From Clostridia bacterium (GTDB taxonomy: Bacteria; Bacillota; Clostridia; Oscillospirales; CAG-272): 64,000 bases of DNA. The stretch spans positions 36,782 to 100,781 of the forward strand of contig JAFQUJ010000017.1 of the NCBI GenBank assembly GCA_017408585.1. The letters are read 5' to 3'. Shown piece by piece: positions 46,467 to 57,797 of the stretch. Position numbers and translations under genes: made by a program. Within the stretch, counting starts at the first letter, position 1. Each line of letters opens with the position of its first letter. The notes beneath the pieces were generated by a model, which made no database searches, had not been told where the DNA came from, and was given only the letters and a program-made list of their open reading frames with translations.

Positions 46467-49382
46467 TTATCTACCTCTCATGGAAGCAATACGCTCTTCC
46501 TCGGTCATTGTATTGCCCTTATCCTTCTTCTTAGGTGAGAAGTGACGGAATACGATGTCGAGAAGGAACAATAGTAGGATTGCGATTACAGTAGGTGTTG
46601 AAATGTCCTTTGGAATCTCAACAAATTCGTCCTTTTGGATATCATAGAAGCTTTCGCTATCCGGCATGATTTTTCCACCGCCCGCTGTTGCAAGGTCCTC
46701 AATTACCGCACCACCATTAACGAGGTTTAGGTTATATTCGTCAGGATAGAAGCCAACTACCGCGTACTCAGTTCTATCTATGGTTTGAGCATCTTCCTTG
46801 GATTGAAGCTTAATTTCCAAATGATATGTGCCTGATTCATCGTCAGTTGTGATTTCTGTTCTGTATCTTGTATCTGCAACACGGTTGTCAGAGGTGATTA
46901 CGATTTCTGTTCTAGTGCCATCGGGATCAACCTTGTAAACGACAATATGCTCATCATCTCTGAGTCTCTTTTGAGTTTCGATGGTTAGTCTTGTAACATC
47001 GTCAACACGCTGGCTTGTAACCTTAAGACCGCTTGAGCCTATCTTATCGTTTATTGAGTTTATAAGAAGGTTTTCTACGATTTTACTATTTGCAAAGCCA
47101 TCGTTATCATTGAATAGCGATCTTGACCATGCGCCACCGAGATCACTCATATAAACGGTTGTATGTCCTAGTCCGTAATCCCATTCAGCGATAATTGGTC
47201 TTAGGTCATCAGCGGAGAGTATCATCTTCGCTCCGTTTTTGATGGTTGTACCATAGTAACCGCCGATTGTATCAAACTCTGTGCCCTCGCCTGTTGGAAT
47301 TCCAACAAGAATAGCGCCATCGTTTCTCTTTTCAAGCTTTGTATCTCTTTCGTTGATTGGCTCACCCTTTATCATTTGAGCAATTTTGATAAGTGATTGC
47401 TCAAGGTCAAGGCTCTTTGATACATAGCTGAAGTTACCGTGACCGATAGCGGCAAGCTTACTAAGCTCATCAAGCATTGTTGCTTGGTCTCTACCGATAG
47501 CGATTGTAGATGTGGTAACGCCTGCGTCAGCCATTCTACGAACGGTGTTATCATAGCCTGAGCCCTTATCAGATGGTTCACCATCGGAGAGGAATACCAT
47601 TTGCTTTAGGTCTGCGTCAGATTCGGAGAGCATCTTATTAGCTGCGTCGATTGCGAACTTATAGTTTGTACCATAAGGCTTCATCAAGTATCCGTTTGCA
47701 TCGTTGTGATTCTTTAATGGCTCACCACCACCAACACGGTTTGAGTATGATGGGTTTGTCTCATCACTATGAGCATAGAAGAATGACTCAAACGAGTAGT
47801 TGATTTGCTCAATCATCCACTCCTTTTCCTCAAGCTGAGTAAGTGGCATAGCTATTGATGCGTCTGCGTCAAAGAATACAAGTCCTACATAATCCTCGGG
47901 TGTGAATTGCTCTGTATCAAGAAGAGCAATAACGCTTTCAAGGACCATGTCATAACGCGTCATCTTTTGACCATATTTATTGGTCTGTCCCTCAACAGGC
48001 TGACCCATTGATGATGAAAGGTCAACTGTGAGAATTGTCGCAATTACCTCTCTTCTTTCGTCGATTTTAAGGTCAACAGGAAGAATGTCAATGAGTGGGT
48101 TATTTGCGTAGGTTTTGTCATTATAATTATAGGTGTTGCTTCCACAGGTGAATACAACTCCACGACCAATCTCCTCAACATATCTCTTTACTAGGTCAAC
48201 TCCACCTGTTGGAAGATCTGCGAAATCAATGTTCATGAACACAATCTCGTCATATAGAAGGAGCTCCTCCATTACATCGGGGAAGTCTGTTGTTGAGATT
48301 TCCTCGTAGGTGCAACCATTCTTTTCTACCATTGATTTGATGGTGCTTGTTACCTGCTTGCCATCTCCGTCAACCAGAAGAATATTTGCTACTCCATCAA
48401 TTGAGAACCATGAGTAAAGAACATTATTTTGGGATATGGTATCTCCACCCTCCTCGGGCTCTACTACCGCATATACAGAGTGAATTCCTGCGCCCTCTGC
48501 CATATACTTGAAGGAATATGTATTGTTTCCTTCCTTTATGGAGATGGTGCTGGAAAATACCTCGATATCATCTTGCTCGTCCCCCTCGGTTGAGCCTTGT
48601 GGAACCTCGTAGAAGGTGATTTTTCCGCTAAGGGTTTCCTTGCTTGTGCTTGTTAGGGCAAGGTCGATAGAAACATTTGCGTTCTTTTCCTCAATTACTG
48701 TTGCATTCATTGAGAGCATTTGAACCTCAACTGTTGCCTCGTCATTTAATACATCAAAGTAAGCTGCGTCAAGACGAATGTTTTCGCTTGATAGCTTTTT
48801 AGCTGCGCTCCATGCGTTTCCTATTGTTTGACGACCGTCGGAGAGCAAGATAACGCGCTTATTTACCTTTTCTGTATCAACCTTGAATATATCTGTAACA
48901 ATGTATTCAAGAGCGCTTTGAATATTGGTGTTTCCCGGCTTTATAGTAGCCTCGGTTACATCTAGGTAATCGTCAAGCTTCTCGCCAAAATCGCTAAAAT
49001 ATGTATATTTTTCAGCGAAAACCAAAACGCCAATTTCTGTAAATTCATCCTCGCCTTCCTTTAAGCTCTTAATATAGTCGTTCATTTTATCCTTCATGGC
49101 AGAGTTTGACTGCGACATGTCGGCTACTACGACTATTTTTGTATCCTCAGGAGCAGTTGTTGTTTCAACAACCGCAATATCTGTGATAAGAGCAGTTGAA
49201 AGCGCAAGAATTAGTATGTGAAGAATAAGCGGAACTACATGCTTTATATTCCATCTACGGCTCTTATGAAGTCTAAAGAATGGGAATATAGCAAGTATGA
49301 ACGCCGGCACCATTACAAGAAACAGCCATGGGCGTCCTATATCAATGGTTGTGCCTACCTCAGTAGCTAGGAATAGGTGCAT
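46467..49382 (-). CDS. Membrane protein with two vWA domains and glutamine-amidotransferase-like segments
   Basis: N-terminal BatA-like TM pair, DMSQS/LLSDG, DLSSSM/FLSDG and a C-terminal TM; start uncertain (49421, 49397 or 49382). Confidence 0.8.
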   Translation of the reverse strand: MHLFLATEVGTTIDIGRPWLFLVMVPAFILAIFPFFRLHKSRRWNIKHVVPLILHILILALSTALITDIAVVETTTAPEDTKIVVVADMSQSNSAMKDKMNDYIKSLKEGEDEFTEIGVLVFAEKYTYFSDFGEKLDDYLDVTEATIKPGNTNIQSALEYIVTDIFKVDTEKVNKRVILLSDGRQTIGNAWSAAKKLSSENIRLDAAYFDVLNDEATVEVQMLSMNATVIEEKNANVSIDLALTSTSKETLSGKITFYEVPQGSTEGDEQDDIEVFSSTISIKEGNNTYSFKYMAEGAGIHSVYAVVEPEEGGDTISQNNVLYSWFSIDGVANILLVDGDGKQVTSTIKSMVEKNGCTYEEISTTDFPDVMEELLLYDEIVFMNIDFADLPTGGVDLVKRYVEEIGRGVVFTCGSNTYNYNDKTYANNPLIDILPVDLKIDERREVIATILTVDLSSSMGQPVEGQTNKYGQKMTRYDMVLESVIALLDTEQFTPEDYVGLVFFDADASIAMPLTQLEEKEWMIEQINYSFESFFYAHSDETNPSYSNRVGGGEPLKNHNDANGYLMKPYGTNYKFAIDAANKMLSESDADLKQMVFLSDGEPSDKGSGYDNTVRRMADAGVTTSTIAIGRDQATMLDELSKLAAIGHGNFSYVSKSLDLEQSLIKIAQMIKGEPINERDTKLEKRNDGAILVGIPTGEGTEFDTIGGYYGTTIKNGAKMILSADDLRPIIAEWDYGLGHTTVYMSDLGGAWSRSLFNDNDGFANSKIVENLLINSINDKIGSSGLKVTSQRVDDVTRLTIETQKRLRDDEHIVVYKVDPDGTRTEIVITSDNRVADTRYRTEITTDDESGTYHLEIKLQSKEDAQTIDRTEYAVVGFYPDEYNLNLVNGGAVIEDLATAGGGKIMPDSESFYDIQKDEFVEIPKDISTPTVIAILLLFLLDIVFRHFSPKKKDKGNTMTEEERIASMRGR

Positions 49383-49386
49383 AAAA

Positions 49387-51420
49387 TTAGAACTCATCAC
49401 GATAATATACCCCCCATTCAACTACAAGTATTACGAGAAGCGCCATTACAATATATGGCCAAATCTCCATTGGCTCTTTTTTAACCTCAATGCCCGGGAG
49501 CACCTCTTTTGCAACAACCGTATCGCCTCTCATTTCGATATCGCTTTCGTCAGATGGAATGCTTGTTGGAAGCATGATTGTTTGCTCGTGTCCGTTTGCA
49601 TATGTGATTGTTATTGCATAGTTTCCAAGAAGCTCAAGATCAAGCTCTGCGTCTGTTGCCTCAAAGCTATCCTTTGTATCAAACTCGCCCTCTTCCTCGT
49701 TGAAATACTTAAATTCAAGACCTGTTGCGCCAACAGGAGCGTTGAACTTAACTGTTTCTCCTACATCGAAGGATCTGTCTGAAACTACGCTGGGAAGGGA
49801 GAAGTTGATCATATTCATTGTAAGAAGTGGGAAGTCAATGAGCATATGTAGGTTAGTGTCATGAATGTCAAAGGACATACAAATAACTCTTACATTAGCC
49901 TCACGGCCAGCCATTATGATAGGCGTATTATTACAAACGAACATTTCCTCGTACTTGGAATAGTCACTACATTCCAAGGGGCGGAACCTACCGATTGCAA
50001 TATTTCTTCTCTTTCCTATATTTTTTGTGATTGTTTTATAAGCCTCAGAGCCTGTATCAACAGCAGGAATCATGTAAAGCGTTTGGTCCAAATCCTCTGC
50101 TTTAACAGGTGTTGCAGATACTTGAAGGCTTGTGCCGACAGGGTCCTTTTGTGGATTGATAAACCACACAGCACCATCGTCAGGGAGAACATCAGGCATA
50201 ACACCGTCGAAGATGTAGAGGTTATAGCCCTCAATTGCTCCGCCGTTGTTTACTTGGCTGATCTCGCTCTTGATGTCTGTCTTGTTGCTAATTGAATAGC
50301 CTATATTACGAAGTAGCGTAATTAGGTATGTTGTCTTTGCAGGGTCTGCCTCTTGGCGTCCCTCTGTTTCCAGCATGGTTACATATGAGCTGACAACAAG
50401 AATTTTAACTCTTTCGCCCTCTTTTGCAAAGATATAGCGTTGGTTGTCCTCTAAAAGACCATCATTAATTACAGCGTCTGCGTTGCCGGCCTCTGTAATC
50501 TTATCAATTGTGATCCTCATGCTCTGATATTCAGCAAGCGAGCTGATTTGATAATAGATTGCATTAGGAGCAACAAGGTTTTCCTTATGTGTAAAGGTAA
50601 CTGTGTTTTTGCTTGATGTTAAGGTAACAGGCTGAGTGCTTACGAGTGAGCCATCAATATATAGGCTAATATAAGCATCTACCGGACGAGTTTCTTGATC
50701 CTCACCGTCAAGCGAGTACATGTTTATGGAAGCATTGAAGCTATACTTTCCACCCATGTATGTGTCTGTTAAATTAGTGATTGCAACATTGAAATCACTT
50801 TCCTTCGAGAAGCTCCTAATCTCAACTCCGTCCGCATCGTAGTATTCCTTGTCGGTATAGAACAAGATCTTAGCGTCAGGGTTGATGCTCTGAACATTGT
50901 TTGCAAGCTCAAGAGCTCCGTCTATATCAGCTGTTCCAAGACCACATACGAGATCCTTTGCAGCAGATACAACTTCTACCTTTTGCGAGGTTCTAAACAC
51001 TTGTGTATTTGGCTCTACTCCCGCGGTAATAAGCGTAAACTTATTGTTATCGCCGGCGGAGTTTGACTCCTTTTCGATTTCCTCGATTGCAAGCTCAAAG
51101 CGTGTTTTTCCGTCCTCGTTCTTTGTCAGCATACTAGCTGACGAGTCAAGAATTATTATCGTGTCCTTAGTCGTAAATGGTATAATTGTCGGCCTTGTAA
51201 GTGCAAGAGTTGCCAAAATAACAGCAAGAATTTGCAATACAAGTAAAAGTGAAAATACGAAGTTGATAGGTAAACGATTTTTTACATATTTGAGGCTTCG
51301 TTTCCAAATAAATGTACTTGATACCGGCTTAGATACATACTTTGACTTGAGTATGTAAATAAGAATAATAATCGGTATAGCAAGTAAGCCAAGGAAGCCT
51401 AGTGCTTGAATAAAACCCAT
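49387..51420 (-). CDS. BatA/WFA-type vWA membrane protein, 677 aa
   Basis: 'PIIILIYILK...VSSTFIW', DSSASM and C-terminal 'LVVEW'. Confidence 0.85.
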   Translation of the reverse strand: MGFIQALGFLGLLAIPIIILIYILKSKYVSKPVSSTFIWKRSLKYVKNRLPINFVFSLLLVLQILAVILATLALTRPTIIPFTTKDTIIILDSSASMLTKNEDGKTRFELAIEEIEKESNSAGDNNKFTLITAGVEPNTQVFRTSQKVEVVSAAKDLVCGLGTADIDGALELANNVQSINPDAKILFYTDKEYYDADGVEIRSFSKESDFNVAITNLTDTYMGGKYSFNASINMYSLDGEDQETRPVDAYISLYIDGSLVSTQPVTLTSSKNTVTFTHKENLVAPNAIYYQISSLAEYQSMRITIDKITEAGNADAVINDGLLEDNQRYIFAKEGERVKILVVSSYVTMLETEGRQEADPAKTTYLITLLRNIGYSISNKTDIKSEISQVNNGGAIEGYNLYIFDGVMPDVLPDDGAVWFINPQKDPVGTSLQVSATPVKAEDLDQTLYMIPAVDTGSEAYKTITKNIGKRRNIAIGRFRPLECSDYSKYEEMFVCNNTPIIMAGREANVRVICMSFDIHDTNLHMLIDFPLLTMNMINFSLPSVVSDRSFDVGETVKFNAPVGATGLEFKYFNEEEGEFDTKDSFEATDAELDLELLGNYAITITYANGHEQTIMLPTSIPSDESDIEMRGDTVVAKEVLPGIEVKKEPMEIWPYIVMALLVILVVEWGVYYRDEF

Positions 51421-52319
51421 TATTTAATTAATTCCACCTCTGCTCCCTTTCCAAATATAACCTTTTCAATTGGATCGTCTGATGATACGGTGAAGAAGGT
51501 TGCCTCTCTTGAGGCACAGAAATCTATTAGCTCCTTCTCGTAATCGTCAAATGCCCTTTGGTAGGCCTCAACCATTTTTCTTGTGACACGCATTCTCATG
51601 TTTTTGGGGTCATCAAAGCTGATTGACTCCGCATCGATCATGTGAACACGACCATCAAAGTTTGGATATAGCTCGTCTGGAGATAATACCTGAATCATCA
51701 ATACCTCTCTACGCTTAAAGGTCAAGAAGTCAACTGCCTTTTTCCAGTTACTCTCAGTCAAGAAATCCGAAATTATAATTGTTAAACCGTCATCATATCC
51801 AGGGTTTTCAATATTTACTATAGCTTCTTCAAGGTCTGTTTCTCCCTCAAATTCTACATCCTCAAGAAATTGAGCTGCACGATAGAAGGAGTCCTTGTTA
51901 TATACAGTAATACCAATGTCCTCTGCCTTATTGCCCTTGAGCAATTTAAAGGTAACTCTGTCCATTGCTGAAACCGAAAGATATCCAAATGCCGCTGCTA
52001 TACGAAGCGCTGCCTGAGCCTTCTCGGGCTCACCGCACGCCATAGATCCTGACAGGTCAATCAAGATATGATTGTGCATCTGTCTTTCGTCTGTGAAAAG
52101 TCTTATAAAGTACTTTTCAAAACGGGCGTAAACATTCCAGTCGATACGCCTAATATCATCGCCGGGGAAATACTCACGGAAATCGGCAAATTCAACCGTA
52201 TTTCCGTATGAACGAGCCTTTCTTCCACCACCGAAGTAACCTGTCATTGGATTTTTTAGCAATAATGAAGCGGCATCAAGACGGTCAAGAAATGCACCGT
52301 CTAATATTCTTCTTTTCAT
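51420..52319 (-). CDS. DUF58 protein (MoxR-associated)
   Basis: EFADFREY.PGDDIRRIDWNVYAR, DLSGSM and ISDFL. Confidence 0.92.
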   Translation of the reverse strand: MKRRILDGAFLDRLDAASLLLKNPMTGYFGGGRKARSYGNTVEFADFREYFPGDDIRRIDWNVYARFEKYFIRLFTDERQMHNHILIDLSGSMACGEPEKAQAALRIAAAFGYLSVSAMDRVTFKLLKGNKAEDIGITVYNKDSFYRAAQFLEDVEFEGETDLEEAIVNIENPGYDDGLTIIISDFLTESNWKKAVDFLTFKRREVLMIQVLSPDELYPNFDGRVHMIDAESISFDDPKNMRMRVTRKMVEAYQRAFDDYEKELIDFCASREATFFTVSSDDPIEKVIFGKGAEVELIK

Positions 52320-52331
52320 CTCAACCGCCTA

Positions 52332-54467
52332 TTATCTTCTCTTCTTTTTGCCTTCTCTTTTGCCTTCACGCCTTTCTACTGCGTCAGTAGATGTGTTGTT
52401 AAGGTCTGCAATCAAGCTTCTTACTACATCGTCCGGTGTCATCTTAGATGTTACAGCCTCAAAGCCGAGCTTAAGTCTGTGACGAAGTACAGGAATTGCG
52501 AGTGAGTTGATATCATCATAGGATACATTGTATCTACCGTTAATAAGAGCTCTTACCTGAGCGGCAGTAATAATAGCCTGAGCCGCACGAGGTGATGCTC
52601 CTGCACGGATAAATCTCTTTGTTGTTTCGGTTGCAACCTCACTGTCCGGGTGAGTTGATGCGATAAGAACCATCGCATAGTGGAGAACCTCGCTTGATAC
52701 AGGAATTGTCTTAGCAACAGCTCTCATGCGGAGAAGCTCCTCACCGTTACATGCTGCTTGCGCGGTTTCGTCCATTGTCTTATGTGTCATATTAACGATT
52801 TGTCCGAGCTCCTCAGCGCTTGGGTTAGGAACGAGAATCTTGAACATGAAACGGTCCATCTGCGCCTCAGGAAGTGGGTATGTACCATCTTGCTCAATTG
52901 GGTTCTGTGTAGCCAATACGAAGAATGGCTCGCTCATGCGTCTTGTTACACCCATTACAGTAACCTTATGCTCCTGCATGGCCTCAAGGAGAGCCGCCTG
53001 TGTCTTAGGCGTAGCACGGTTAATTTCGTCCGCCAAAACGATGTTTGAGAAGATAGGACCGGGCTGGAATTCAAACCTGGAATTTCCTTCCTCGTCCTTT
53101 GTAATAACATTAGTACCTGTTACATCGGCAGGCATCAAGTCAGGAGTAAACTGAATACGAGAGAATGGAAGGTCGAATACCTTACCAAGTGATCTTACAA
53201 GACGGGTTTTACCAAGTCCGGGAGCACCCTCGAGAAGTACATTACCACCGGCGATAATAGCAGCGATTGTTGATTGAACAACCTCCTCTTGACCGATAAT
53301 ATCCTTACGAACCTCTTCGAAAATTCTCTTACATTTTTCAGCGAACATTTTAAGCTCTTCCTCAGCTAGCTTATCAAGCTGAAGCTCTTCAGCTGTACGA
53401 GGTGGCTCTGCGTTAGGAGCCGGCTTTTCTTCGGGCTTTTCCTCAGGCTTTTCCTCTGCTACAGGCGCTTCTGCGGGAGCTTCCTCTGCAGGTGCTTCTG
53501 CAGGAGCTTCCTCGGCTACGGGTGCTTCCTCAGCTACGGGTTGCTCTTGTGGTTGTTCTACTGGTGTTTCCTCTGTTACTACAGCCTCTTCAGCTGGTGT
53601 TGTAGCTGCCTCTTCAGCTACTCTTTTCTTTTCCTTCTTTAGCATTTCTTCTGCCTCCACTCTAGAATTTTCTTCTTCTGTTGCTGCAGCCTCCTCAGCC
53701 GCTTGTCTTTCTGCCTCCTCACGAGCTAGGCGTTCTGCCTCCTCACGAGCTTGGCGCTCGGCCTCCTCGGCCTTTAGTCTTTCTGCCTCTTGGCGCTCCG
53801 CCTCCTCACGAGCTTGGCGTTCAGCCTCTTCAGCAGCTAATCTTTCTGCTTCCAGACGCTCTGCCTCTTCTCTCGCTTGGCGCTCGGCCTCTTCAGCGGC
53901 TAATCGTTCTGCCTCAGCGCGCTCTGCTTCCTCTCTCGCTTGACGCTCTGCCTCCTCAGCGGCTAATCTTTCCGCCTCGGCACGCTCTGCCTCCTCGCGA
54001 GCTATACGCTCCGCCTCTTCAGCTTCCCTTCTTTGAGCCTCAGCCCTTTCGGCTTCCTCTCTTGCTTGACGCTCAGCTTCCTCTCGAGCTAGGCGCTCTG
54101 CCTCTTCTCTGGCTTGACGCTCCGCCTCTGCCTTAGCAAGCTTTTCTGCCTCCTCAGCGGCACGGCGCTCAGCCTTTTCGCGTTTTTCCGCCTCCGCTCT
54201 GGCTCTTTTTTCAGCCTTCGCATTGGTTCTTTCTTCCTCGGCTCTCGCTCTTGCCTCCTCGCGTGCTAAACGCTCAGCTTCCTCTCTTGCAATACGCTCT
54301 GCCTCGGCTTTTTCTCTTTCTGTCATTTCGGGCTGTGGCTTTGTTCTGTCCCTACCTACGGTAGAGATGGAAAGACCGCCAGTCCTTTTATTAGCAGCAG
54401 AAGCACCTGCTGGGGGTTTTGCCCCAGCAGATGCTCCTCTATTAGTTCCGTTATCTGTGCTTCCCAT
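52332..54467 (-). CDS. MoxR AAA+ ATPase with a ~350-aa E/A/R-rich and P/A/E-rich N-terminal extension
   Basis: [37 protein letters not shown] and GASPR. Confidence 0.92.
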   Translation of the reverse strand: MGSTDNGTNRGASAGAKPPAGASAANKRTGGLSISTVGRDRTKPQPEMTEREKAEAERIAREEAERLAREEARARAEEERTNAKAEKRARAEAEKREKAERRAAEEAEKLAKAEAERQAREEAERLAREEAERQAREEAERAEAQRREAEEAERIAREEAERAEAERLAAEEAERQAREEAERAEAERLAAEEAERQAREEAERLEAERLAAEEAERQAREEAERQEAERLKAEEAERQAREEAERLAREEAERQAAEEAAATEEENSRVEAEEMLKKEKKRVAEEAATTPAEEAVVTEETPVEQPQEQPVAEEAPVAEEAPAEAPAEEAPAEAPVAEEKPEEKPEEKPAPNAEPPRTAEELQLDKLAEEELKMFAEKCKRIFEEVRKDIIGQEEVVQSTIAAIIAGGNVLLEGAPGLGKTRLVRSLGKVFDLPFSRIQFTPDLMPADVTGTNVITKDEEGNSRFEFQPGPIFSNIVLADEINRATPKTQAALLEAMQEHKVTVMGVTRRMSEPFFVLATQNPIEQDGTYPLPEAQMDRFMFKILVPNPSAEELGQIVNMTHKTMDETAQAACNGEELLRMRAVAKTIPVSSEVLHYAMVLIASTHPDSEVATETTKRFIRAGASPRAAQAIITAAQVRALINGRYNVSYDDINSLAIPVLRHRLKLGFEAVTSKMTPDDVVRSLIADLNNTSTDAVERREGKREGKKKRR
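53690..54310 (-). repeat. Degenerate tandem coding repeats ([21 protein letters not shown]-type)
   Basis: Visible in both protein and DNA. Confidence 0.85.
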
Positions 54468-54511
54468 ATCTCTAAATTCTCCCTACTAATATTAACTTAT
54501 ACTGTCAGCTA

Positions 54512-57487
54512 TTAGTTACCCTTTGCAGCTGTTCCCCAGCCGTTAAGGTTTTCAAAATAGTTATTAATAATCTCTTGCTCTTCAGCTGTCAAGCTATCGT
54601 CGCTCTTAGAGTTGTCGAGCTCGTTGTTAATGTGTCCTTGGTTATTTTCAAGGAAAATGTCAAGGTCAACAAATCCGTCCTCAGGGTCATATACAGAACC
54701 ATTTACAGATCCAACACCCGATCCGTCACTGATTTGATCGCTCTTCTCAGTTTCTTCCTCTTCCTTCTCAGTTTCTTCGTCACTGTCGCCGGATGATGGC
54801 TGTTGTTGTTGGTTTTGCTGTTGGTTTTGCTGTTGGTTTTGCTGCTGATTTTGATTTTGCTGCTGGTTCATTTGGTCTTGAGCCTGCTGCATCTCATTCT
54901 TAAGCTGCTCACCTGTTTGCTCCTGCTTTTGTTGCTCGTCGATTGCGCTATCGAACTCCTTATTGAGCTCGTCGATTACCGCGTCAGCAGCTTCCTTCTT
55001 TTCCTCATCGGTCATGTTTTCGTCCTTCGCGATTTGGTCCATTTGGTCTGCAGCGTTCTCGAGAGGTGCCTTGAAGTCGTTATTCTCGGGGAGCTGTTCG
55101 GCTGATGATTGCATATCCTTTGAGATTTCCTCAAGCTTTTCATCAAGCTCTGAGCCCTCAAGATTCTCGTACTGATCCTTCATGTTCTCGAAGGCGTTAT
55201 CAAGATCCTCTTGTGCATCGTCGTATTCTTGGTCGGTTTCTGCGTTTTCAACCTTTTCCATAGCGTCTCCAACCTCTTCCATGGTTTCCTTATCCTGCAT
55301 GGAGTCGGATGCGCTTTCTTGCTTTTCCTTGTCCTCTTGAATCATATTATCAATCTCATTCTTAGCGTCAGAAATTTCTTGATTGATTTCTGCCTTCAAG
55401 TCGGAGTCAACCTTATCCATAGCCTCTTGCTTTTCGGACTCGGTCATGTTTGGATCCTTTTGGATCTCTTCCTTCTTTTGCTCTGCGTTCTCAAATGAGC
55501 TGTCAAGCTTGTTTTCAAGATCCTCAACAACATCATTCATTTCGTCCTTAGCCTCTTGGCTAGCGTCAGAGTTTTCGATGGTTTCCTTCATATCATCGAG
55601 CATATCGTCGGTGAACTTTTGGTCACCTGCGAGCTCTTGCTCGGTTTGCTCAAGCTTATCTGTAACCTCTTGGCCTACCTGCTCAAGCTTATCCATTGAC
55701 TCCATAGAGTCTTGAATGTCCTGCTTGAAGTCCTCGAAGGCGTCCGAGATTTCCTCGTCCATGATTTCGCCCTGCTCCATGTCTTGAGTGATTTGGTCAA
55801 GCTTATCGGAGAGGTCCTTCATGTCCTCTGAAAGCTCAGAGTCAGGAGAGTTTTCTGTGATTTTATCGAGCTGGTCCTTTAGATCCTCGAGCTTATCCTG
55901 CTTTTCTTGCTCTGTTGAAGAGTTTTCGATATCCTGTTGCATATTATCAACAGCCTGTTGGATATCCTCCATAGCCTCTTGCTTTTCTTGCTCTGTGGTT
56001 GCATCCTTGTAATCCTCAAGTGCATCCTTTAGATCGTCCATCTTATCTTGAGTTTCAAGAGTGTCTTGGAGATCGTCCTTCGCTTGATCTACTGTTTCTT
56101 CAACATTTTCCTTGAGCTCCTCATCTGTTTGAGAGTTTTCAAGGTCTTCCTTTAGGTTATCCTTAAGGTCCTCGAATACATCTTGCATTGTAGAATCCTT
56201 TGTGTTTTCTACAACCTGCTCAAGATCCTCAACTGTTTCTTCTAGCTCTTCTCTGTCCATGTCCTTGATTTGGTCCATGGCATCGTTTAGCTCTTGCTTT
56301 GCATCCTCAAGCTCTTGCTTTGCATCCTCGAGCTCTTGTTGAGCATTGTCAAGCTCCTCTTGAGCCTCTTGCTTTTGTTGCTCATTTTGAGCTTGGTCAA
56401 GCTTATCCTGAGCTTGATCTACTTGCTCTTGCTTTTCGTCAACCTGATCCTGCTTCTCCTCAACCTGCTCCATCTTGTCAGCGATGTCTTGGAGAGTTTC
56501 GTTTTCGGTCTTTTCAAGCTCTTCCTTGATGTCCTCGTTGTCCTGTTCCATTTGGTCGAGGGTTTCTTCCATCTTTAGAAGCTCTTCCTTAATAAGCTCT
56601 TCGATTTCTTTTCTGGTTTGACGAACATCCTCGTATTTTTCAATATCGCTCTCTGTTACATCAAGTCTTTCTACGAGCTTATCAACGATTGCGTGAAGCT
56701 TTTGAGTGAAGTTCTCTGAAAGGCCGGCCTCAGCTGCAGCATCAATGATTTCACGAATTTCGTAAATTTGCTTTTGAATGTCGATTGATGTTTCAAGTCT
56801 TGCCTTAAGCGAATTAGCCAAGAAAATCTTTTGAGGATTTGTAAGATTTTCGTCGTTCTTAATTTCCTCAATTCTTTGGTCAACCTGCTCCTTTGACTTG
56901 TTCTTGAACACATCGTCGGTATCAGAGTTGTCGATTATCTCGTAAAGCTCTTCCTTGATTTCCTCAAGTCTGTTTTCTAGCTCTATTTGCTCTAGCTCAG
57001 GGCTACCAACAACTGCGTTTGCAACTACTGAGAACAGAAGAATGATTGCTAGAAGTAAAGCTGTACAAGAAATGATTCTTATAAGTGGAAGTCTAATCTT
57101 GAATTGCTTTACATTGAGTCTTGAAACTCTGTCCATTGTGTCCTCACGCTGAACCTTTGCAACATAAGAACGATCTCTTTTGTACTCAACCATTGTGACT
57201 ACACGCTCATCAAGGCCCAGAGCATCAATTCTCTTTGCGAGCTTGTTTTGATTTGATCTAAAGCGCTTTAGATAAGTGCTAACGCCAACTGCGATTGCGG
57301 TTACTGCTCCAACAGCGATTGTTACACCGATTGCGAGTCCGTCTCTCATCTTAGCGATGAACACGAATCCACAGCCTGTTAGAAGCGAAAGTGAAAGACC
57401 GAAGAATAGGCCTGTCATAATTGCCTTAATAAGTGCTTCTATGATAAGTCTTAATCTGTACGGCTTCATTGCCTCATTAAAATCCAT
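54512..57487 (-). CDS. Membrane-anchored acidic coiled-coil protein, 991 aa
   Basis: About three N-terminal TM helices with 'AKRID..GLDERVVTMVE'; ~800 aa rich in D/E/Q/K; Q/N tract; 'IINNYFENL' end. Confidence 0.85.
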   Translation of the reverse strand: MDFNEAMKPYRLRLIIEALIKAIMTGLFFGLSLSLLTGCGFVFIAKMRDGLAIGVTIAVGAVTAIAVGVSTYLKRFRSNQNKLAKRIDALGLDERVVTMVEYKRDRSYVAKVQREDTMDRVSRLNVKQFKIRLPLIRIISCTALLLAIILLFSVVANAVVGSPELEQIELENRLEEIKEELYEIIDNSDTDDVFKNKSKEQVDQRIEEIKNDENLTNPQKIFLANSLKARLETSIDIQKQIYEIREIIDAAAEAGLSENFTQKLHAIVDKLVERLDVTESDIEKYEDVRQTRKEIEELIKEELLKMEETLDQMEQDNEDIKEELEKTENETLQDIADKMEQVEEKQDQVDEKQEQVDQAQDKLDQAQNEQQKQEAQEELDNAQQELEDAKQELEDAKQELNDAMDQIKDMDREELEETVEDLEQVVENTKDSTMQDVFEDLKDNLKEDLENSQTDEELKENVEETVDQAKDDLQDTLETQDKMDDLKDALEDYKDATTEQEKQEAMEDIQQAVDNMQQDIENSSTEQEKQDKLEDLKDQLDKITENSPDSELSEDMKDLSDKLDQITQDMEQGEIMDEEISDAFEDFKQDIQDSMESMDKLEQVGQEVTDKLEQTEQELAGDQKFTDDMLDDMKETIENSDASQEAKDEMNDVVEDLENKLDSSFENAEQKKEEIQKDPNMTESEKQEAMDKVDSDLKAEINQEISDAKNEIDNMIQEDKEKQESASDSMQDKETMEEVGDAMEKVENAETDQEYDDAQEDLDNAFENMKDQYENLEGSELDEKLEEISKDMQSSAEQLPENNDFKAPLENAADQMDQIAKDENMTDEEKKEAADAVIDELNKEFDSAIDEQQKQEQTGEQLKNEMQQAQDQMNQQQNQNQQQNQQQNQQQNQQQQPSSGDSDEETEKEEEETEKSDQISDGSGVGSVNGSVYDPEDGFVDLDIFLENNQGHINNELDNSKSDDSLTAEEQEIINNYFENLNGWGTAAKGN

Positions 57488-57533
57488 TTTTTACTCCTTT
57501 TCCTAGTTAAAATAACTAATTATATATATTAAT

Positions 57534-57562
57534 ATTATAGCACGCGGTTCGATTTTTTTCAA
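57534..57562 (-). promoter_or_regulatory. Sigma-A promoter of the coiled-coil/MoxR operon
   Basis: TTGAAA, 17 bp ending in TG-N, TATAAT. Confidence 0.7.
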
Positions 57563-57649
57563 CCTGAAATGGCTTTTTAACCGCTACCATTTCGATTTTT
57601 GGCACTTTTCACAAAAAATCGAATAATTGCTTTTTATTTAAAGCCTATT

Positions 57650-57791
57650 TTTTGTGGAAACTGCCCAAAAGCTTGGGGACGCTCCCAAACCTTTTTTGAG
57701 GCTCTAGTCGTTTTCACGCTCCTTTTTGTCATAGCCCCTAAAGGTGGGGGCCGAATTTAGAGATTAGGGATTGCGGGTTTTTTCACCCCGC
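57650..57791 (-). ncRNA. Candidate structured sRNA or long leader RNA
   Basis: Three GC-rich hairpins directly downstream of a consensus promoter; no family recognised. Confidence 0.3.
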
Positions 57792-57797
57792 ACTGTC

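Noticed and set aside
46467-52319. MoxR-DUF58-vWA operon as a novel system in itself
   Set aside because: This is a widespread, known arrangement; only the unusual extensions are reported
52726-57506. Leu/Ser-rich plus-strand ORFs
   Set aside because: Antisense of low-complexity E/Q/A-rich genes
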